A DNA stretch of 60,261 nt from Rhodospirillales bacterium (GCA_024638475.1 JAHEKG010000002.1:1-60261); one strand, 5' to 3'; numbered from the stretch's first letter, positions 18,661 to 28,781 are shown. Notes: generated by a model not told the origin, from the letters alone. Numbers and translations: made by a program.

Positions 18661-19863
18661 ATGAAAACAGCAGAAGCAGTTCGCTCCTTGAACGATCGTC
18701 GCTTATTCGACACGCTGTTGGCGACCGCTGAAGTCAAGCGTGCCAATGAAATACTCGCGCGCATGGCCGAAAAAGGTCCGCTAGGTATTCGCCGGCACCT
18801 GCTTGCAACGTCGGTGCGTCTTACGCGCGGCATGGCGCCAGCGGTTAACAAGACGGCCGACGAGTGTTTGAGCGTGCTCGGCATCGACACGAATCTGGAA
18901 CTGTTTGTTTATTCCAGCCCGCAGTACAACGCAGCCTGCTTGAAGCCCGAAGACGGCCGCTTGTTCGTGATGTTTTCTTCGAGCCTGCTCGAGGCCTTCG
19001 ACGGCAATGAACTCAAGTTCGTCGTCGGACACGAGTTTGGTCACCATGCCTATCGCCACCACGACATTCCAATTGGTCTCATTTTGGGCGGTGGTTCCCG
19101 AGCGAGCCCGAGGCTCGCGCTCGATCTCTTTGCCTGGTCGCGCTATGCGGAGATTTCGGCCGACCGGGCCGGCGCCGTTTGCGCTGGTGATCTCGAAGCC
19201 ACCGCGCGTGCGCTGTTCAAGCTGGCATCAGGTTTGAGCGGTCGCAGCATCAAGTTCAGCCTTGACGATTTCCTCGCGCAGATCGATGCGATGCAGGTTG
19301 AATCCGAGGATTCTCGGTCGGACGGACCACGCCAAGACTGGTTTCTGACTCATCCATTCAGTCCGTTGCGGGTCAAGGCGCTGACGTTGTTCCACGACTC
19401 GGAACTCGTTCGTGATGGAGGCATTTCTTCGCCACAGCTCGAAGAGTCCGTTCAAGCCCTAATGGGGCTAATGGAGCCTAGTTACCTCGAGGGCCAAACC
19501 AAGACGGCCGAGTCGATGCGGCGGCTGTTGTTTGCGGGTACCATCGCGATCGCGAGCGCTGACGGCGACATCAGCGAAGAAGAAATTGAAGTGTTCGAGC
19601 AGTTTTTCGGTGACGGCGCTTTCAAAAAACGTTTGAACATCGAGGCGACGACTAAAGAACTCGAAAGTCGAATCGAACAGGTTCGCAGCAAGACGAGTAT
19701 TCCGGAACGCATTCAGGTACTCAGGGATCTCTGCCTGGTGGCGCAGGCCAGCAGCAAGAGTGGAAACCAGGGTCGCACAATCCTAAAACAGATTGCCGCG
19801 GGACTCGAAGTGCCTGAGACAATCGTCGGCCAGTCGCTCGACTGCAGTCTGGATCTGGACTGA
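18661..19863 (+). CDS. soluble M48-family zinc metallopeptidase fused to a TerB-like C-terminal domain
   Basis: HEFGHHAYRHH is the HExxH motif. No TM helix is evident. The C-terminal segment IAIASADGDISEEEIEVFEQFF is typical of TerB-like domains. Confidence 0.7.
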   Translation: MKTAEAVRSLNDRRLFDTLLATAEVKRANEILARMAEKGPLGIRRHLLATSVRLTRGMAPAVNKTADECLSVLGIDTNLELFVYSSPQYNAACLKPEDGRLFVMFSSSLLEAFDGNELKFVVGHEFGHHAYRHHDIPIGLILGGGSRASPRLALDLFAWSRYAEISADRAGAVCAGDLEATARALFKLASGLSGRSIKFSLDDFLAQIDAMQVESEDSRSDGPRQDWFLTHPFSPLRVKALTLFHDSELVRDGGISSPQLEESVQALMGLMEPSYLEGQTKTAESMRRLLFAGTIAIASADGDISEEEIEVFEQFFGDGAFKKRLNIEATTKELESRIEQVRSKTSIPERIQVLRDLCLVAQASSKSGNQGRTILKQIAAGLEVPETIVGQSLDCSLDLD

Positions 19864-19965
19864 CGGACGAATCGCTGCTGTAGTCGTTGTCATTTTCGGT
19901 CTGCAGACAGTCGACATTACTTGATTAGCAGCGTTCGCCCCAATACGGTTTCGCGATTAATGCAG

Positions 19966-20928
19966 TCAGCGCGGCAACTCGGGGTCCGGGCCGCTGCCGC
20001 CCGACATCCGCTCCACGTTGCCGTGTTCGAACACCTTGGTGGCCAGCGCAATCATGCTCGCCACATCGCTTAGATTCGATGGCACCACAAGGGTATTAGC
20101 CGTCTTTGCTAAATTACCGAACTGGCGCACGTAGTCTTCGGCGACACGAAGCTGCATGGCTTGTAGACCCCCATCTGTGCTCACCGCCGTGGCAACTCGC
20201 CGTAATCCCTCGGCAGTCGCGGTGGCCACCGCTAGAATTGCCTCAGCTTCACCTTCGGCCTCGTTGATCTGTTGTTGCTTCGCCGCTTCCGACTCTTTGA
20301 TGACCCGCTGCTTCTCGCCCTCCGCCTGATTGATGTTAGCGTCGCGAACACCCTCCGAGGTCAACACCACCGCACGCTTTTCGCGCTCTGCGCGCATTTG
20401 TTTTTCCATGGCGGACAAGACGTCGTGGGGCGGATTGATGTTCTTGATCTCGTAACGCAATACCTTGACGCCCCAGGGTTCCGACGCTTTGTCTAATTCA
20501 CTGACTACATTGGAGTTTATCGTGGCGCGCTCTTCGAAGGTGCGGTCCAGATCGATCTTGCCGATTTCGCTTCTGAGCGTGGTTTGAGCGAGCTGGGAAA
20601 TCGCGAAGGTGTAGTCGGTAATGCCGTACGACGCCCGCCTGGCGTCCAAGACCTGCATATACAAGACGCCGTCGATGCCGACTTGAACATTATCGCGAGT
20701 AATACAAACCTGCTCGGCGATATCCACCGCCATTTCTTTGAGGCTGTGTTTATAGGCCACGCGCTCGAAAAACGGCACGAGAATATGAAACCCGGCTTGC
20801 ATCGTCTTACTGTACTTGCCCAGCGACTCGACGATAAAGGCGCTTTGCTGGGGCACGACAATGGCCGTCTTGGCGATAATAATAATCGCTAAGACAGCGA
20901 TCACGCCCACCGTCACAAGCGTTTCCAT
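19966..20928 (-). CDS. SPFH/band-7 (stomatin-like, QmcA-type) membrane protein
   Basis: An N-terminal TM helix is followed by the SPFH core (VVPQQSAFIVESLGKYSKT..., ITRDNVQV) and an EA-rich coiled coil. It pairs with the upstream NfeD gene. Confidence 0.9.
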   Translation of the reverse strand: METLVTVGVIAVLAIIIIAKTAIVVPQQSAFIVESLGKYSKTMQAGFHILVPFFERVAYKHSLKEMAVDIAEQVCITRDNVQVGIDGVLYMQVLDARRASYGITDYTFAISQLAQTTLRSEIGKIDLDRTFEERATINSNVVSELDKASEPWGVKVLRYEIKNINPPHDVLSAMEKQMRAEREKRAVVLTSEGVRDANINQAEGEKQRVIKESEAAKQQQINEAEGEAEAILAVATATAEGLRRVATAVSTDGGLQAMQLRVAEDYVRQFGNLAKTANTLVVPSNLSDVASMIALATKVFEHGNVERMSGGSGPDPELPR

Positions 20929-20954
20929 AAAAGCTCCTTCGTCTGACCGAGTTG

Positions 20955-21386
20955 CTAGGCGGCTCTTACTTTCAGGGTAAGACCGTCCACCGTTTCTATG
21001 ACCGCCTTGCTGCCGTCGGAAATAACGACGTCGCCCACGTTGACGGCTTTCCAGGTGGTGCCCCGATATTCGGTTCGACAGGTGGCGCCCGGCTCGAGTG
21101 TCTGGCTCAGCCTGACCGTCTCACCGAGAATGCCGTCTTGCATATCAGGAATGGCGCCGCGCAACTTATCGTACAACCGGCGTCGAAAGGTAACCATGGA
21201 GACCACCGCAACGACCGCGAACAGTAACCATTGCCCCCAGACTGGAAGCTCCAAGCCGAACAGTCCGAGGAGTCCGACGAGAAGCGCCCCTGCGCCGATG
21301 AAAACTAGGTAGAACTGCGCGTCGATGGCGAACAGCTCTGCGCAGAACAGCAGCGTGCCGATTACGATCCATCCCCACCAGGGCAT
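20955..21386 (-). CDS. NfeD-family membrane protein
   Basis: 143 aa with hydrophobic N-terminal helices and a C-terminal OB-like beta domain (GTTWKAVNVGDVVISDGSKAVIETVDGLTLKV). This is the classical NfeD-SPFH gene pair. Confidence 0.85.
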   Translation of the reverse strand: MPWWGWIVIGTLLFCAELFAIDAQFYLVFIGAGALLVGLLGLFGLELPVWGQWLLFAVVAVVSMVTFRRRLYDKLRGAIPDMQDGILGETVRLSQTLEPGATCRTEYRGTTWKAVNVGDVVISDGSKAVIETVDGLTLKVRAA

Positions 21387-21516
21387 CTGCGGTCTCCCTT
21401 CTAGGTTACTTTACCGGCTGGAACCGCGGCCGACCGCGGTATCGGTAGGCTACGAATTGTAACTGCTAAGCACGGGCATAAACAGCGGACGCCCTACTCC
21501 ACGGCCAGCCTCATTC

Positions 21517-22764
21517 CTAAGCGGCGCGGCTGAAAGCGGGCGGGTAACGCCCAAGCGTGAGCATGAGCAAACCGCCGCCGGCAGACATGGCGGCCACGAT
21601 GGTCAGCACGGGACCGTAGCTGCCGACTGCGTCGAAGACCTTGCCGAAGGTTACCGGTGCAAGCCCGGCGCCGATGGAAAAGGAAACATACAGCGCCCCA
21701 TAGAGGGCACCGTAGTGCTTCAAGCCGAAATAGCGACTGACCAGAAACGCCATTAGGTCGAGCTCGGCTCCGGCCGCGAGACCGATCAACACCATCGACA
21801 CCGAGATAATGAAGGCCGGCGGCGCAGCTGCGCTGAGCATCAAAGCGGCAATGGCCGGGGCGGACAAGAAAATCGCTGCCACCAGCGGCGCCCAAAAACG
21901 ATCGACGAGGGCGCCGACGACGAGCCGGCCCACGATAACGCTGACGCCGATGAGGCCGGCGTAACGCGCAGCATCGGCAGCGGTGAGCCCTTGGTCAATC
22001 AACATCGGTACGGCGTTGGTGATGAGCCCGGAGATTCCGGCGGCAGCCAAGACCAAACCGATACTCAAGGCCCAGAAGCGATAGCCGCGCAACGCCTCGC
22101 CGGGCGCGAGCCCCTTTACCGGGTTGACTACGGGTTGGTCGGCCACGTCGACATGCGCGACGACGGCATAGGTATCGGGTTGGCGAAACAAGAAATACAC
22201 GGCCGGGAAACCGATCGCCGTGATGGTGACGGCAATCAGCATGTAGGCGGTCCGCCAGCCGAATTCGCCGACGAGCCAGGTCGCATAGGTAGGCCCGAAC
22301 GTCGCCGCGATACCCGTGCCGGCGAGGGTAATCCCGAGGGCAATACCGCGATAACGATCAAACCAGCTATTGACGACCCGCGTCCAAGTCACCGGCAGCG
22401 TACCGGCGGCCAATATGGACATGACGGCCCAGGCGACGTAATAGGTCCATAGTGAGTCCGTTGATAGGCCCAACGATGCCAGAGTGAGGCCATACAGCGG
22501 CATCGAGATCAAGGCGATCTTGCGAGCACCGAAGCGATCTATGAGCAACCCGACGACCGGTGCCGTCACGATGGCCATCAGTATCATGATCGTCACCCCG
22601 AACTGCACGTCGCCTCGGCTCCAGCCCGTATCATTGGAAATCGGCGCGACAAAAACGCTGTGGGTGTAAAAGCTGATCGACGACAGCCCGCAGCCTGCCC
22701 CGAGTAACGAACCCGCCAACGCGGGACCTCCCCTGCGAAACTCCCCTAGCCCATTAGCACTCAC
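21517..22764 (-). CDS. MFS transporter
   Basis: 415 aa with about 12 hydrophobic helices. A loop 2-3 type motif reads GLLIDRFGARK. Confidence 0.85.
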   Translation of the reverse strand: MSANGLGEFRRGGPALAGSLLGAGCGLSSISFYTHSVFVAPISNDTGWSRGDVQFGVTIMILMAIVTAPVVGLLIDRFGARKIALISMPLYGLTLASLGLSTDSLWTYYVAWAVMSILAAGTLPVTWTRVVNSWFDRYRGIALGITLAGTGIAATFGPTYATWLVGEFGWRTAYMLIAVTITAIGFPAVYFLFRQPDTYAVVAHVDVADQPVVNPVKGLAPGEALRGYRFWALSIGLVLAAAGISGLITNAVPMLIDQGLTAADAARYAGLIGVSVIVGRLVVGALVDRFWAPLVAAIFLSAPAIAALMLSAAAPPAFIISVSMVLIGLAAGAELDLMAFLVSRYFGLKHYGALYGALYVSFSIGAGLAPVTFGKVFDAVGSYGPVLTIVAAMSAGGGLLMLTLGRYPPAFSRAA

Positions 22765-22944
22765 GGATGTTGACTCGCCGGGGCGCGCAAAGGCCCTGCC
22801 TGCTCATAGACATTCATTGGTCTTCCGCCGTTATTGTTATTGTGTTGAAGTCTACACGATAACGTCACAGAATCCGCTCGTTGCCAATCGCCTGTTCCGT
22901 CGCGCCTTCGAGGTTACTCTATCAACGCCAGCAGCATCCCCAAT

Positions 22945-23523
22945 GTGATTCTCGCGCTCCTCGTACTCAACGGGCTAGCGTATTCCGGCCAGTACTGGAA
23001 TCCGAACTTTATGTTCCAGCACTTCGCGCTCTGGCCGTTGGCTTCGCCGTTCCCCGAATTTAAGGTGTGGCAACTTTTGACTTACGGGTTCTTGCACGAC
23101 ATGAGAACCCTAAGCCACTTGTTCTTCAACATGTTCGGCTTGTGGATGTTCGGCAGGGACCTGGAACGCATGCTGGGTGCGCAGCGTTTCCTGACCTATT
23201 ACCTAACCTGTGTGGTGGGGGCCGGCATCGTTCAGCTAACCGTCGCGTTCGTTACCGGCGGCATCTACCCGACGCTGGGGGCATCCGGCGGTGTCTTCGG
23301 TTTATTGCTGCTGTATGGAATGACCTTCCCGAATCGGATGGTGGTCTTGTTGTTTCCGCCGATACCCATGAAGGCGAAATATTTTGTCCTCGTGTTCGGC
23401 CTGCTGGAGCTTTACCTCGGCGTAAGCGGTCGAACACCCGGGGTAGCCAATTTCGCCCACCTCGGCGGGATGTTATTCGGCTTTCTTTTGCTGCAGTTCT
23501 GGCGACGAAGACGCACCCGTTGA
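22945..23523 (+). CDS. rhomboid-family intramembrane serine protease
   Basis: 192 aa starting with GTG. The catalytic Ser is in GASGGVFG and the catalytic His in FAHLGGMLFG. About six TM helices. Confidence 0.85.
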   Translation: MILALLVLNGLAYSGQYWNPNFMFQHFALWPLASPFPEFKVWQLLTYGFLHDMRTLSHLFFNMFGLWMFGRDLERMLGAQRFLTYYLTCVVGAGIVQLTVAFVTGGIYPTLGASGGVFGLLLLYGMTFPNRMVVLLFPPIPMKAKYFVLVFGLLELYLGVSGRTPGVANFAHLGGMLFGFLLLQFWRRRRTR

Positions 23524-24180
23524 TTGCCGTCGTTCACCTTCCGCATCAGGTTGCGCCTCCGGCGCAGCGGCCCGGAACGCGGCCGTCTGCTCGCAGAAGT
23601 CGGCAATTGACTTGAGGGTCGGGTAGTCGGTGACGGCCACGCGGAAACGTCTCGCGTTGTACATTTGTGGTATCAAACACAGATCCGCCAACGTCGGCCG
23701 ATCACCGAAGACGAATTCTCCATCCGCCGAGTAGTGGCGCGCCGTCAGCTCGGCGGACCGAAACCCTTCCTGGATCCAATGCGAATACCATTCGCGCCGT
23801 TGCTGATCGGAAATCTCCAACCGCTCCGTCAGGTAGTTCATGACACGAAGGTTGTTGAGGGGATGAATATCGCAACAGATCGCATTGCAAAAGGAGCGCA
23901 CGGCGGCGCGCAGGTCGGTGCGTTGCGGGAGCAGGGGGCACGCCGGGTAGGCTTCCTCCAGGTATTCGAGAATGGCTTGGGACTGGCCGACGCTCACCGC
24001 GCCGTCGACTAGGAACGGCACCAACATTTGCGGGTTGAGTTCCCTATAGGCGTCGGAGCGATGCGCTGGGGATTGCCCGACTAACGTAATGGGAATGAGC
24101 TGGTAATCGATGTCTTTTAGATTTAGGGCAATTCGCACCCGATAGGCGGCGGACGAACGCCAATAACTGTAAAGCTGCAT
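23473..24180 (-). CDS. maiA: maleylacetoacetate isomerase (zeta-class GST)
   Basis: MQLYSYWRSSAAYRVRIALNLKDIDY is the typical zeta-GST N-terminus (SSxxxRVRIAL). A roughly 25-aa C-terminal extension overlaps the rhomboid 3' end. Confidence 0.88.
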   Translation of the reverse strand: MQLYSYWRSSAAYRVRIALNLKDIDYQLIPITLVGQSPAHRSDAYRELNPQMLVPFLVDGAVSVGQSQAILEYLEEAYPACPLLPQRTDLRAAVRSFCNAICCDIHPLNNLRVMNYLTERLEISDQQRREWYSHWIQEGFRSAELTARHYSADGEFVFGDRPTLADLCLIPQMYNARRFRVAVTDYPTLKSIADFCEQTAAFRAAAPEAQPDAEGERRQSTGASSSPELQQKKAE

Positions 24181-24194
24181 CTTAGTACTCCGTG

Positions 24195-25199
24195 CTAACC
24201 CGGGTAGCGCTGTATCGGCTGATCGATGGCCCCGAAAATCGTTTGTTCGTTGTCATCCAGAACCTCGATGCGGACTCGGTCACCGAAGCTTAAAAAAGGT
24301 GTCGCCGGTTGACCATGCTGAATCGTTTCGATGGTGCGGAGCTCCGCGATACACGAATAGCCCACGCCGCCCTCGGTAATGGGCCGCCCCGGGCCGCCGT
24401 CCAACTTGTTGGATACCGTTCCGGAACCGATGATGGTCCCCGCACAGAGCGGGCGGGTTCTTGCCGCGTGAGCGATTAGCTCGGCGAAGCTAAAGGTCAT
24501 GTCGACGCCCGCTTGCGGATAGCCGAATGGGTTGCTGTTCAGGTACGAGCGCAGGGGCAAATGCAATTTAGTGTTCGCCCACGCCGTGCCGAGCTCATCA
24601 GGCGTGACCGCGACGGGAGAAAACGCACTCGAGGGCTTCGACTGGAAGAATCCGAAACCTTTCGCAAGCTCAGCGGGAATCAAGTTGCGTAGCGAGACAT
24701 CATTCACGAGCATGAGCAACCGGATATGGGCGGGGGCATCGGCGACGGAGACCCCCATAGGCACGTCGTCGGTTACGATCACTATCTCTGCCTCGAAGTC
24801 GATACCCCACTTCTCGTCCGCGACTAGGACGGGGTCGCTGGGACCGATAAAGGCATCCGATCCACCTTGATACATTAAGGGGTCCGACCAGAAGGTCTCC
24901 GGCAGCTCTGCATTGCGGGCCTTGCGCACCAACTCGACATGATTCACGTAGGCGGAGCCGTCGGCCCATTGGTAGGCGCGGGGTAGCGGTGCCGCGCAAT
25001 TGGCGGGGTCGAATCTATCCCCGGCGCCCGCCTCCAACTCCCGCGCAATGGAAAGCAGCCCCGATTCGGTGGTACCCCAATCGTCCAGCGCCGCTTGTAA
25101 TGTGGGCGCGACGGGCGTGGCCGGCAAATAGCGGCTCAGGTCGCGCGACACGACGACGAGGTTGCCGTCCCGACCGCCTTTGAGGGAAGCGAGCTTCAT
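24195..25199 (-). CDS. fumarylacetoacetate hydrolase family protein (short, about 334-aa type)
   Basis: I prefer the start at MKLASLKGGRDGNLVVVSRDL (25199), which overlaps the upstream stop. The FAH-fold C-terminal half includes DFEAEIVIV and GTIIGSGTVSN. Confidence 0.85.
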   Translation of the reverse strand: MKLASLKGGRDGNLVVVSRDLSRYLPATPVAPTLQAALDDWGTTESGLLSIARELEAGAGDRFDPANCAAPLPRAYQWADGSAYVNHVELVRKARNAELPETFWSDPLMYQGGSDAFIGPSDPVLVADEKWGIDFEAEIVIVTDDVPMGVSVADAPAHIRLLMLVNDVSLRNLIPAELAKGFGFFQSKPSSAFSPVAVTPDELGTAWANTKLHLPLRSYLNSNPFGYPQAGVDMTFSFAELIAHAARTRPLCAGTIIGSGTVSNKLDGGPGRPITEGGVGYSCIAELRTIETIQHGQPATPFLSFGDRVRIEVLDDNEQTIFGAIDQPIQRYPG

Positions 25200-25741
25200 G
25201 GCGCCGTCCCGGTAAATTCGAGTTCGTGCAGCCAGGCCGCGTGCTGGGGAGCGCGCTTCGTTCGGCTCCATTCCTCCAACATCGCCGGCGCCACCCGTTT
25301 AAGTTCCTCGATCTGGGCAGCGGTTTGGGTGTTCGCAACCAGCTCCAGCCGATGGCCGTTGGGATCGAAGAAGTAAATCGATTGGAAAATACCGTGGTTG
25401 ACCGGACCGATCACGTCCAGCCCTTCGGAAACGATGTGCTCTTTAGCGGCGACCAACGCCGCGTAGTCCTCGACCTCGAAGGCGATGTGTTGCACCCACT
25501 TGGGTGTGTTGTCGTCGCGGCCCATCGGATCGCGCGTAGGCAACTCAAAGAATGCCAACACATTCCCCATGCCCGCATCGAGAAAAACGTGCATGTAGGG
25601 ATCGGGCTCCTTAGTCGAAGGCACTTGGTTTTCGGCGAAAGCGATCTGAAACTCCATGTTCAGTACGCGGGTGTAAAACTCGACGGTTTCTTTCGCGTCC
25701 CGGCAACGATACGCGACATGGTGAATGCGCTTGATGTTCAC
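25196..25741 (-). CDS. VOC-family (glyoxalase / extradiol dioxygenase fold) protein
   Basis: 181 aa. RIHHVAYRCRD, VQHIAFEV and GHRLELV supply the His/His/Glu metal-ligand pattern of VOC proteins. It sits between hppD and the FAH gene. Confidence 0.8.
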   Translation of the reverse strand: MNIKRIHHVAYRCRDAKETVEFYTRVLNMEFQIAFAENQVPSTKEPDPYMHVFLDAGMGNVLAFFELPTRDPMGRDDNTPKWVQHIAFEVEDYAALVAAKEHIVSEGLDVIGPVNHGIFQSIYFFDPNGHRLELVANTQTAAQIEELKRVAPAMLEEWSRTKRAPQHAAWLHELEFTGTAP

Positions 25742-25750
25742 AATAGTCTC

Positions 25751-26830
25751 CTAGCCAGCATCGCTCAGTACGCCGCGAGCGAGTTGGTCGCGTTCGATGG
25801 AATTGAACAGGGCGGTAAAGTTTCCTTCGCCGAAGCCCTCGTCCCGTTTGCGTTCAATGAATTCGAAAAAGGCCGGCCCCACCATGTTCGTCGAAAAGAT
25901 TTGCAACAAGAGGCGGGGATCGCCGTTTTGCGTCGAGCCATCTAGCAATATACCCCGCGAGCGCAACTCATCGACCGGCTCGCCGTGTCCGGGCAGCCGC
26001 TCCTGCAACATCTCGTAATACGTGTCCGGCGGCGGCGTCATGAACTGTACCCCGCGCGCCCGCAGCCGATCCCAACACTCGTAAAGGTTGTCGCAACTCA
26101 ACGCGATGTGCTGAATGCCCTCGCCGTTGAAAGCCATCAAAAACTCCTCGATCTGGCCGGCGTTGCTGGATGCCTCTTCGTTCAGAGGGATGCGGATCAA
26201 CCCGTCGGGGGCGCTCATCGCCCTGGAATGCAGGCCCGTATATTCACCCTTGATATCGAAATAGCGAATTTCCCGAAACCCGAACAGTTTTTCGTAATAT
26301 TTCGCCCAATACGCCATACGTCCGCGATAGACATTGTGCGTGAGGTGGTCGATCCGGGTAAACCCGCAGCCTTTTGGGTGGCGATCGACGTCGGGATAGA
26401 ACTCGAAATCGATGTCATAGATGGAAGCGCCTTCGGCGTAGCGGTCGATAAGATACAGCGGTGCCCCGCCGATACCCTTAATCGCCGGCAAGCGAAGTTC
26501 CATGGGCCCGGTCGGGATGTCTATCGGTTGCGCGCCGAGTTCCAGCGCCCGGTTGTACGCATGGTGCGCATCCTTGACCCGAAAGGCCATCCCGCTGGCC
26601 GCGGGGCCGTGTTCCTGGGCGAAATAGGCAGCATGACTCTTTGGCTCGTTGTTAAGGATGAAATTGATCCCGCCCTGGCGGAACAGCCGGACGTCCTTCG
26701 AGCGATGTTTGGCAACTGCCGTAAAGCCGAGCTGCTGAAATACCCGCTCTAACTGTTGCGGATGCGGGGAGGCGAACTCAACGAACTCGAAGCCATCGAG
26801 GCCCATCGGGTTGTCGTGCGACTCTGCCAT
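25751..26830 (-). CDS. hppD: 4-hydroxyphenylpyruvate dioxygenase
   Basis: [22 protein letters not shown] is the classical HPPD start. GGAG lies 6 nt upstream of the ATG at 26830; the ORF track TTG is at 26842. The C-terminus contains FFEFIERK...[11 protein letters not shown]. Confidence 0.92.
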   Translation of the reverse strand: MAESHDNPMGLDGFEFVEFASPHPQQLERVFQQLGFTAVAKHRSKDVRLFRQGGINFILNNEPKSHAAYFAQEHGPAASGMAFRVKDAHHAYNRALELGAQPIDIPTGPMELRLPAIKGIGGAPLYLIDRYAEGASIYDIDFEFYPDVDRHPKGCGFTRIDHLTHNVYRGRMAYWAKYYEKLFGFREIRYFDIKGEYTGLHSRAMSAPDGLIRIPLNEEASSNAGQIEEFLMAFNGEGIQHIALSCDNLYECWDRLRARGVQFMTPPPDTYYEMLQERLPGHGEPVDELRSRGILLDGSTQNGDPRLLLQIFSTNMVGPAFFEFIERKRDEGFGEGNFTALFNSIERDQLARGVLSDAG

Positions 26831-26949
26831 GGCTGGCTCCAATTTGGCCGGTGTATCAGGCCATTTTGCTCAATCTTTTCGAACAATGTGCCCATTTATG
26901 CCGTTAATTGGTATCCTAACAGAACGATTGGTACGTATATTGCTAAGAT

Positions 26950-27441
26950 ATGAGCAAAATGCCCATGACCCTGTCGGCCGCCGACGTGCAGCTCCTCGCG
27001 GCCCTACAGGAAGACGCGACCTTGAGCCAGGCCGACCTGGCCGCCCGTGCCGGCATGTCCCGCACGTCCTGCTGGCGGCGCATCCGGGAGTTCGAGCAAT
27101 CCGGCTTGCTGCGCGGCCAGGTTGGGGTCGTCGACCCGCGCTTAGCCGGCTTCGGTCTACAAGCCTTGCTGCAAGTGACGATGACCGAGCACACGGACGA
27201 GAACAGGGAGTCCTTCGAAACGCATGTGCGCGACTTGCCCGAGGTCACCGAGTGCTTCTCGGTGTCGGGCGACCGAGACTACGTGCTACACGTCGTTGCT
27301 AAAGACATGGACGCTTACACGAAATTTCTGAATTCACAAATTCTCCATCAAAAGTCCGTCCAGTCCGCCAGCACGACTTTCGTCTTAAAACGAATCAAGT
27401 ACACAACGGCTCTGCCTGTGGCAAAACTGCTGGGTAGATAA
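26950..27441 (+). CDS. Lrp/AsnC-family transcriptional regulator
   Basis: 163 aa. LLAALQEDATLSQADLAARAGMSRTSCWRRIREFE forms the HTH, followed by a RAM/ACT-like C-terminal domain. It is divergent from hppD. Confidence 0.9.
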   Translation: MSKMPMTLSAADVQLLAALQEDATLSQADLAARAGMSRTSCWRRIREFEQSGLLRGQVGVVDPRLAGFGLQALLQVTMTEHTDENRESFETHVRDLPEVTECFSVSGDRDYVLHVVAKDMDAYTKFLNSQILHQKSVQSASTTFVLKRIKYTTALPVAKLLGR

Positions 27442-27535
27442 GGACAGTCGAGAAGGATACTGCTGTGTCGTGGCGATTGTAACAGTGCGGTTTAGATGGC
27501 AGCCTACAAGCCGGAACGAATGTTAGAGTTGCATC

Positions 27536-28609
27536 ATGGCCTTTTTTAACAAGCGCTACCACCCTGCCGGTACGTCGCCCGGAACGCTGACGAAAACACC
27601 AGCACCCGGCGCGGAATCCTATCGCCTTCGACTCTATGATTACGATTCCGACCAACTGAAAATATTTGACGACACAACAGCCAAAGCATGCACACCCTAT
27701 CTTGAGAGCAAAACGGTTAGCTGGGTGCACGTGGAAGGGCGGCCATCGGAGCGAACATTACGCGAGCTCGGCGAGGCATTTCATGTGCATTCGCTAGCGC
27801 TCGAAGACATTCTGAATACCGGCCAGCGTCCAAAGTTCGAACAATTTCCGGATCAATTGTTCATTGTCATGACGCTGCCGGTAATGGCGGAAGATCGTAT
27901 CGAAAGCCATCAGGTAAGTCTGTTGCTCGGCACAAACTACCTCATCAGTTTCTGTGAAACTGACTTTTCCCCCTTTGAGCCAATCATCAAGCGGCTCCAG
28001 GCCGGTGCCGGGCGCATAAGAAGTGCCGGGGCGGATTATCTGCTGTATTGTTTGCTGGACCTCCTTGTTGACCGCGCATTTCCGGTCCTTGAAGCGTTTG
28101 GTTTTAAACTCGAGACGCTGGAGGACCAGATCCTCGAAGCCGGCGATCAGGACACACTGGCCGAGATTCATTTGCTTCGCCGGGAGATGATTCTCCTGCG
28201 ACGAACTCTCTGGCCACAGCGGGAGGTCATCAATGCGATGCTCCGCGGCGACTGCCCATGGATCCGCGAGACCACAAACCTTTACCTGCGCGATTGTTAT
28301 GACCATACCATTCAGGTGATGGATCTGTTGGAGACCTACCGCGATATGGCCAGCAGCATGCTGGAAATTTATCTGTCAAGCGTTAGCAACCGCATGAATG
28401 ATGTGATGCGTGTGCTGACCGTAATCGCCACGATATTTATTCCGCTCACATTCATCGTCGGTGTTTACGGAATGAATTTTGACCGCAATGCGGGGCCGTG
28501 GAGCATGCCAGAGCTTGGCGAGCCGCTGGGCTACTTGATGGTGTGGCTGGCAATGCTGGTCATTGCTGTCGGGATGGTTATGTTTTTTCGACGCCGCAAA
28601 TGGTTCTAG
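27536..28609 (+). CDS. corA: magnesium/cobalt transporter CorA
   Basis: 357 aa with the GVYGMNF signature before the last TM helix and two C-terminal TM helices. Confidence 0.92.
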   Translation: MAFFNKRYHPAGTSPGTLTKTPAPGAESYRLRLYDYDSDQLKIFDDTTAKACTPYLESKTVSWVHVEGRPSERTLRELGEAFHVHSLALEDILNTGQRPKFEQFPDQLFIVMTLPVMAEDRIESHQVSLLLGTNYLISFCETDFSPFEPIIKRLQAGAGRIRSAGADYLLYCLLDLLVDRAFPVLEAFGFKLETLEDQILEAGDQDTLAEIHLLRREMILLRRTLWPQREVINAMLRGDCPWIRETTNLYLRDCYDHTIQVMDLLETYRDMASSMLEIYLSSVSNRMNDVMRVLTVIATIFIPLTFIVGVYGMNFDRNAGPWSMPELGEPLGYLMVWLAMLVIAVGMVMFFRRRKWF

Positions 28610-28781
28610 TATTTGAACCCGGACAAGCGCCCACAAAGCAGTCATCGGAAAACTATTTGGCCGTAACGGGCGGATCACTGCACTGAAGGTTCGCGCCGCT
28701 GTAGACCGGGTCACAGTCTCGGGCGGGCTAAGTGTGAACGGCTTCACCGCGACACAATTTGTAACCCTCTACCGTTGTTCC

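Noticed and set aside
27723-27738. GGGTGCACGTGGAAGG inside corA, a parS-like CACGTG core.
   Set aside because: Only about 11 of 16 positions match the parS consensus, which is below what I would accept without ParB binding data.
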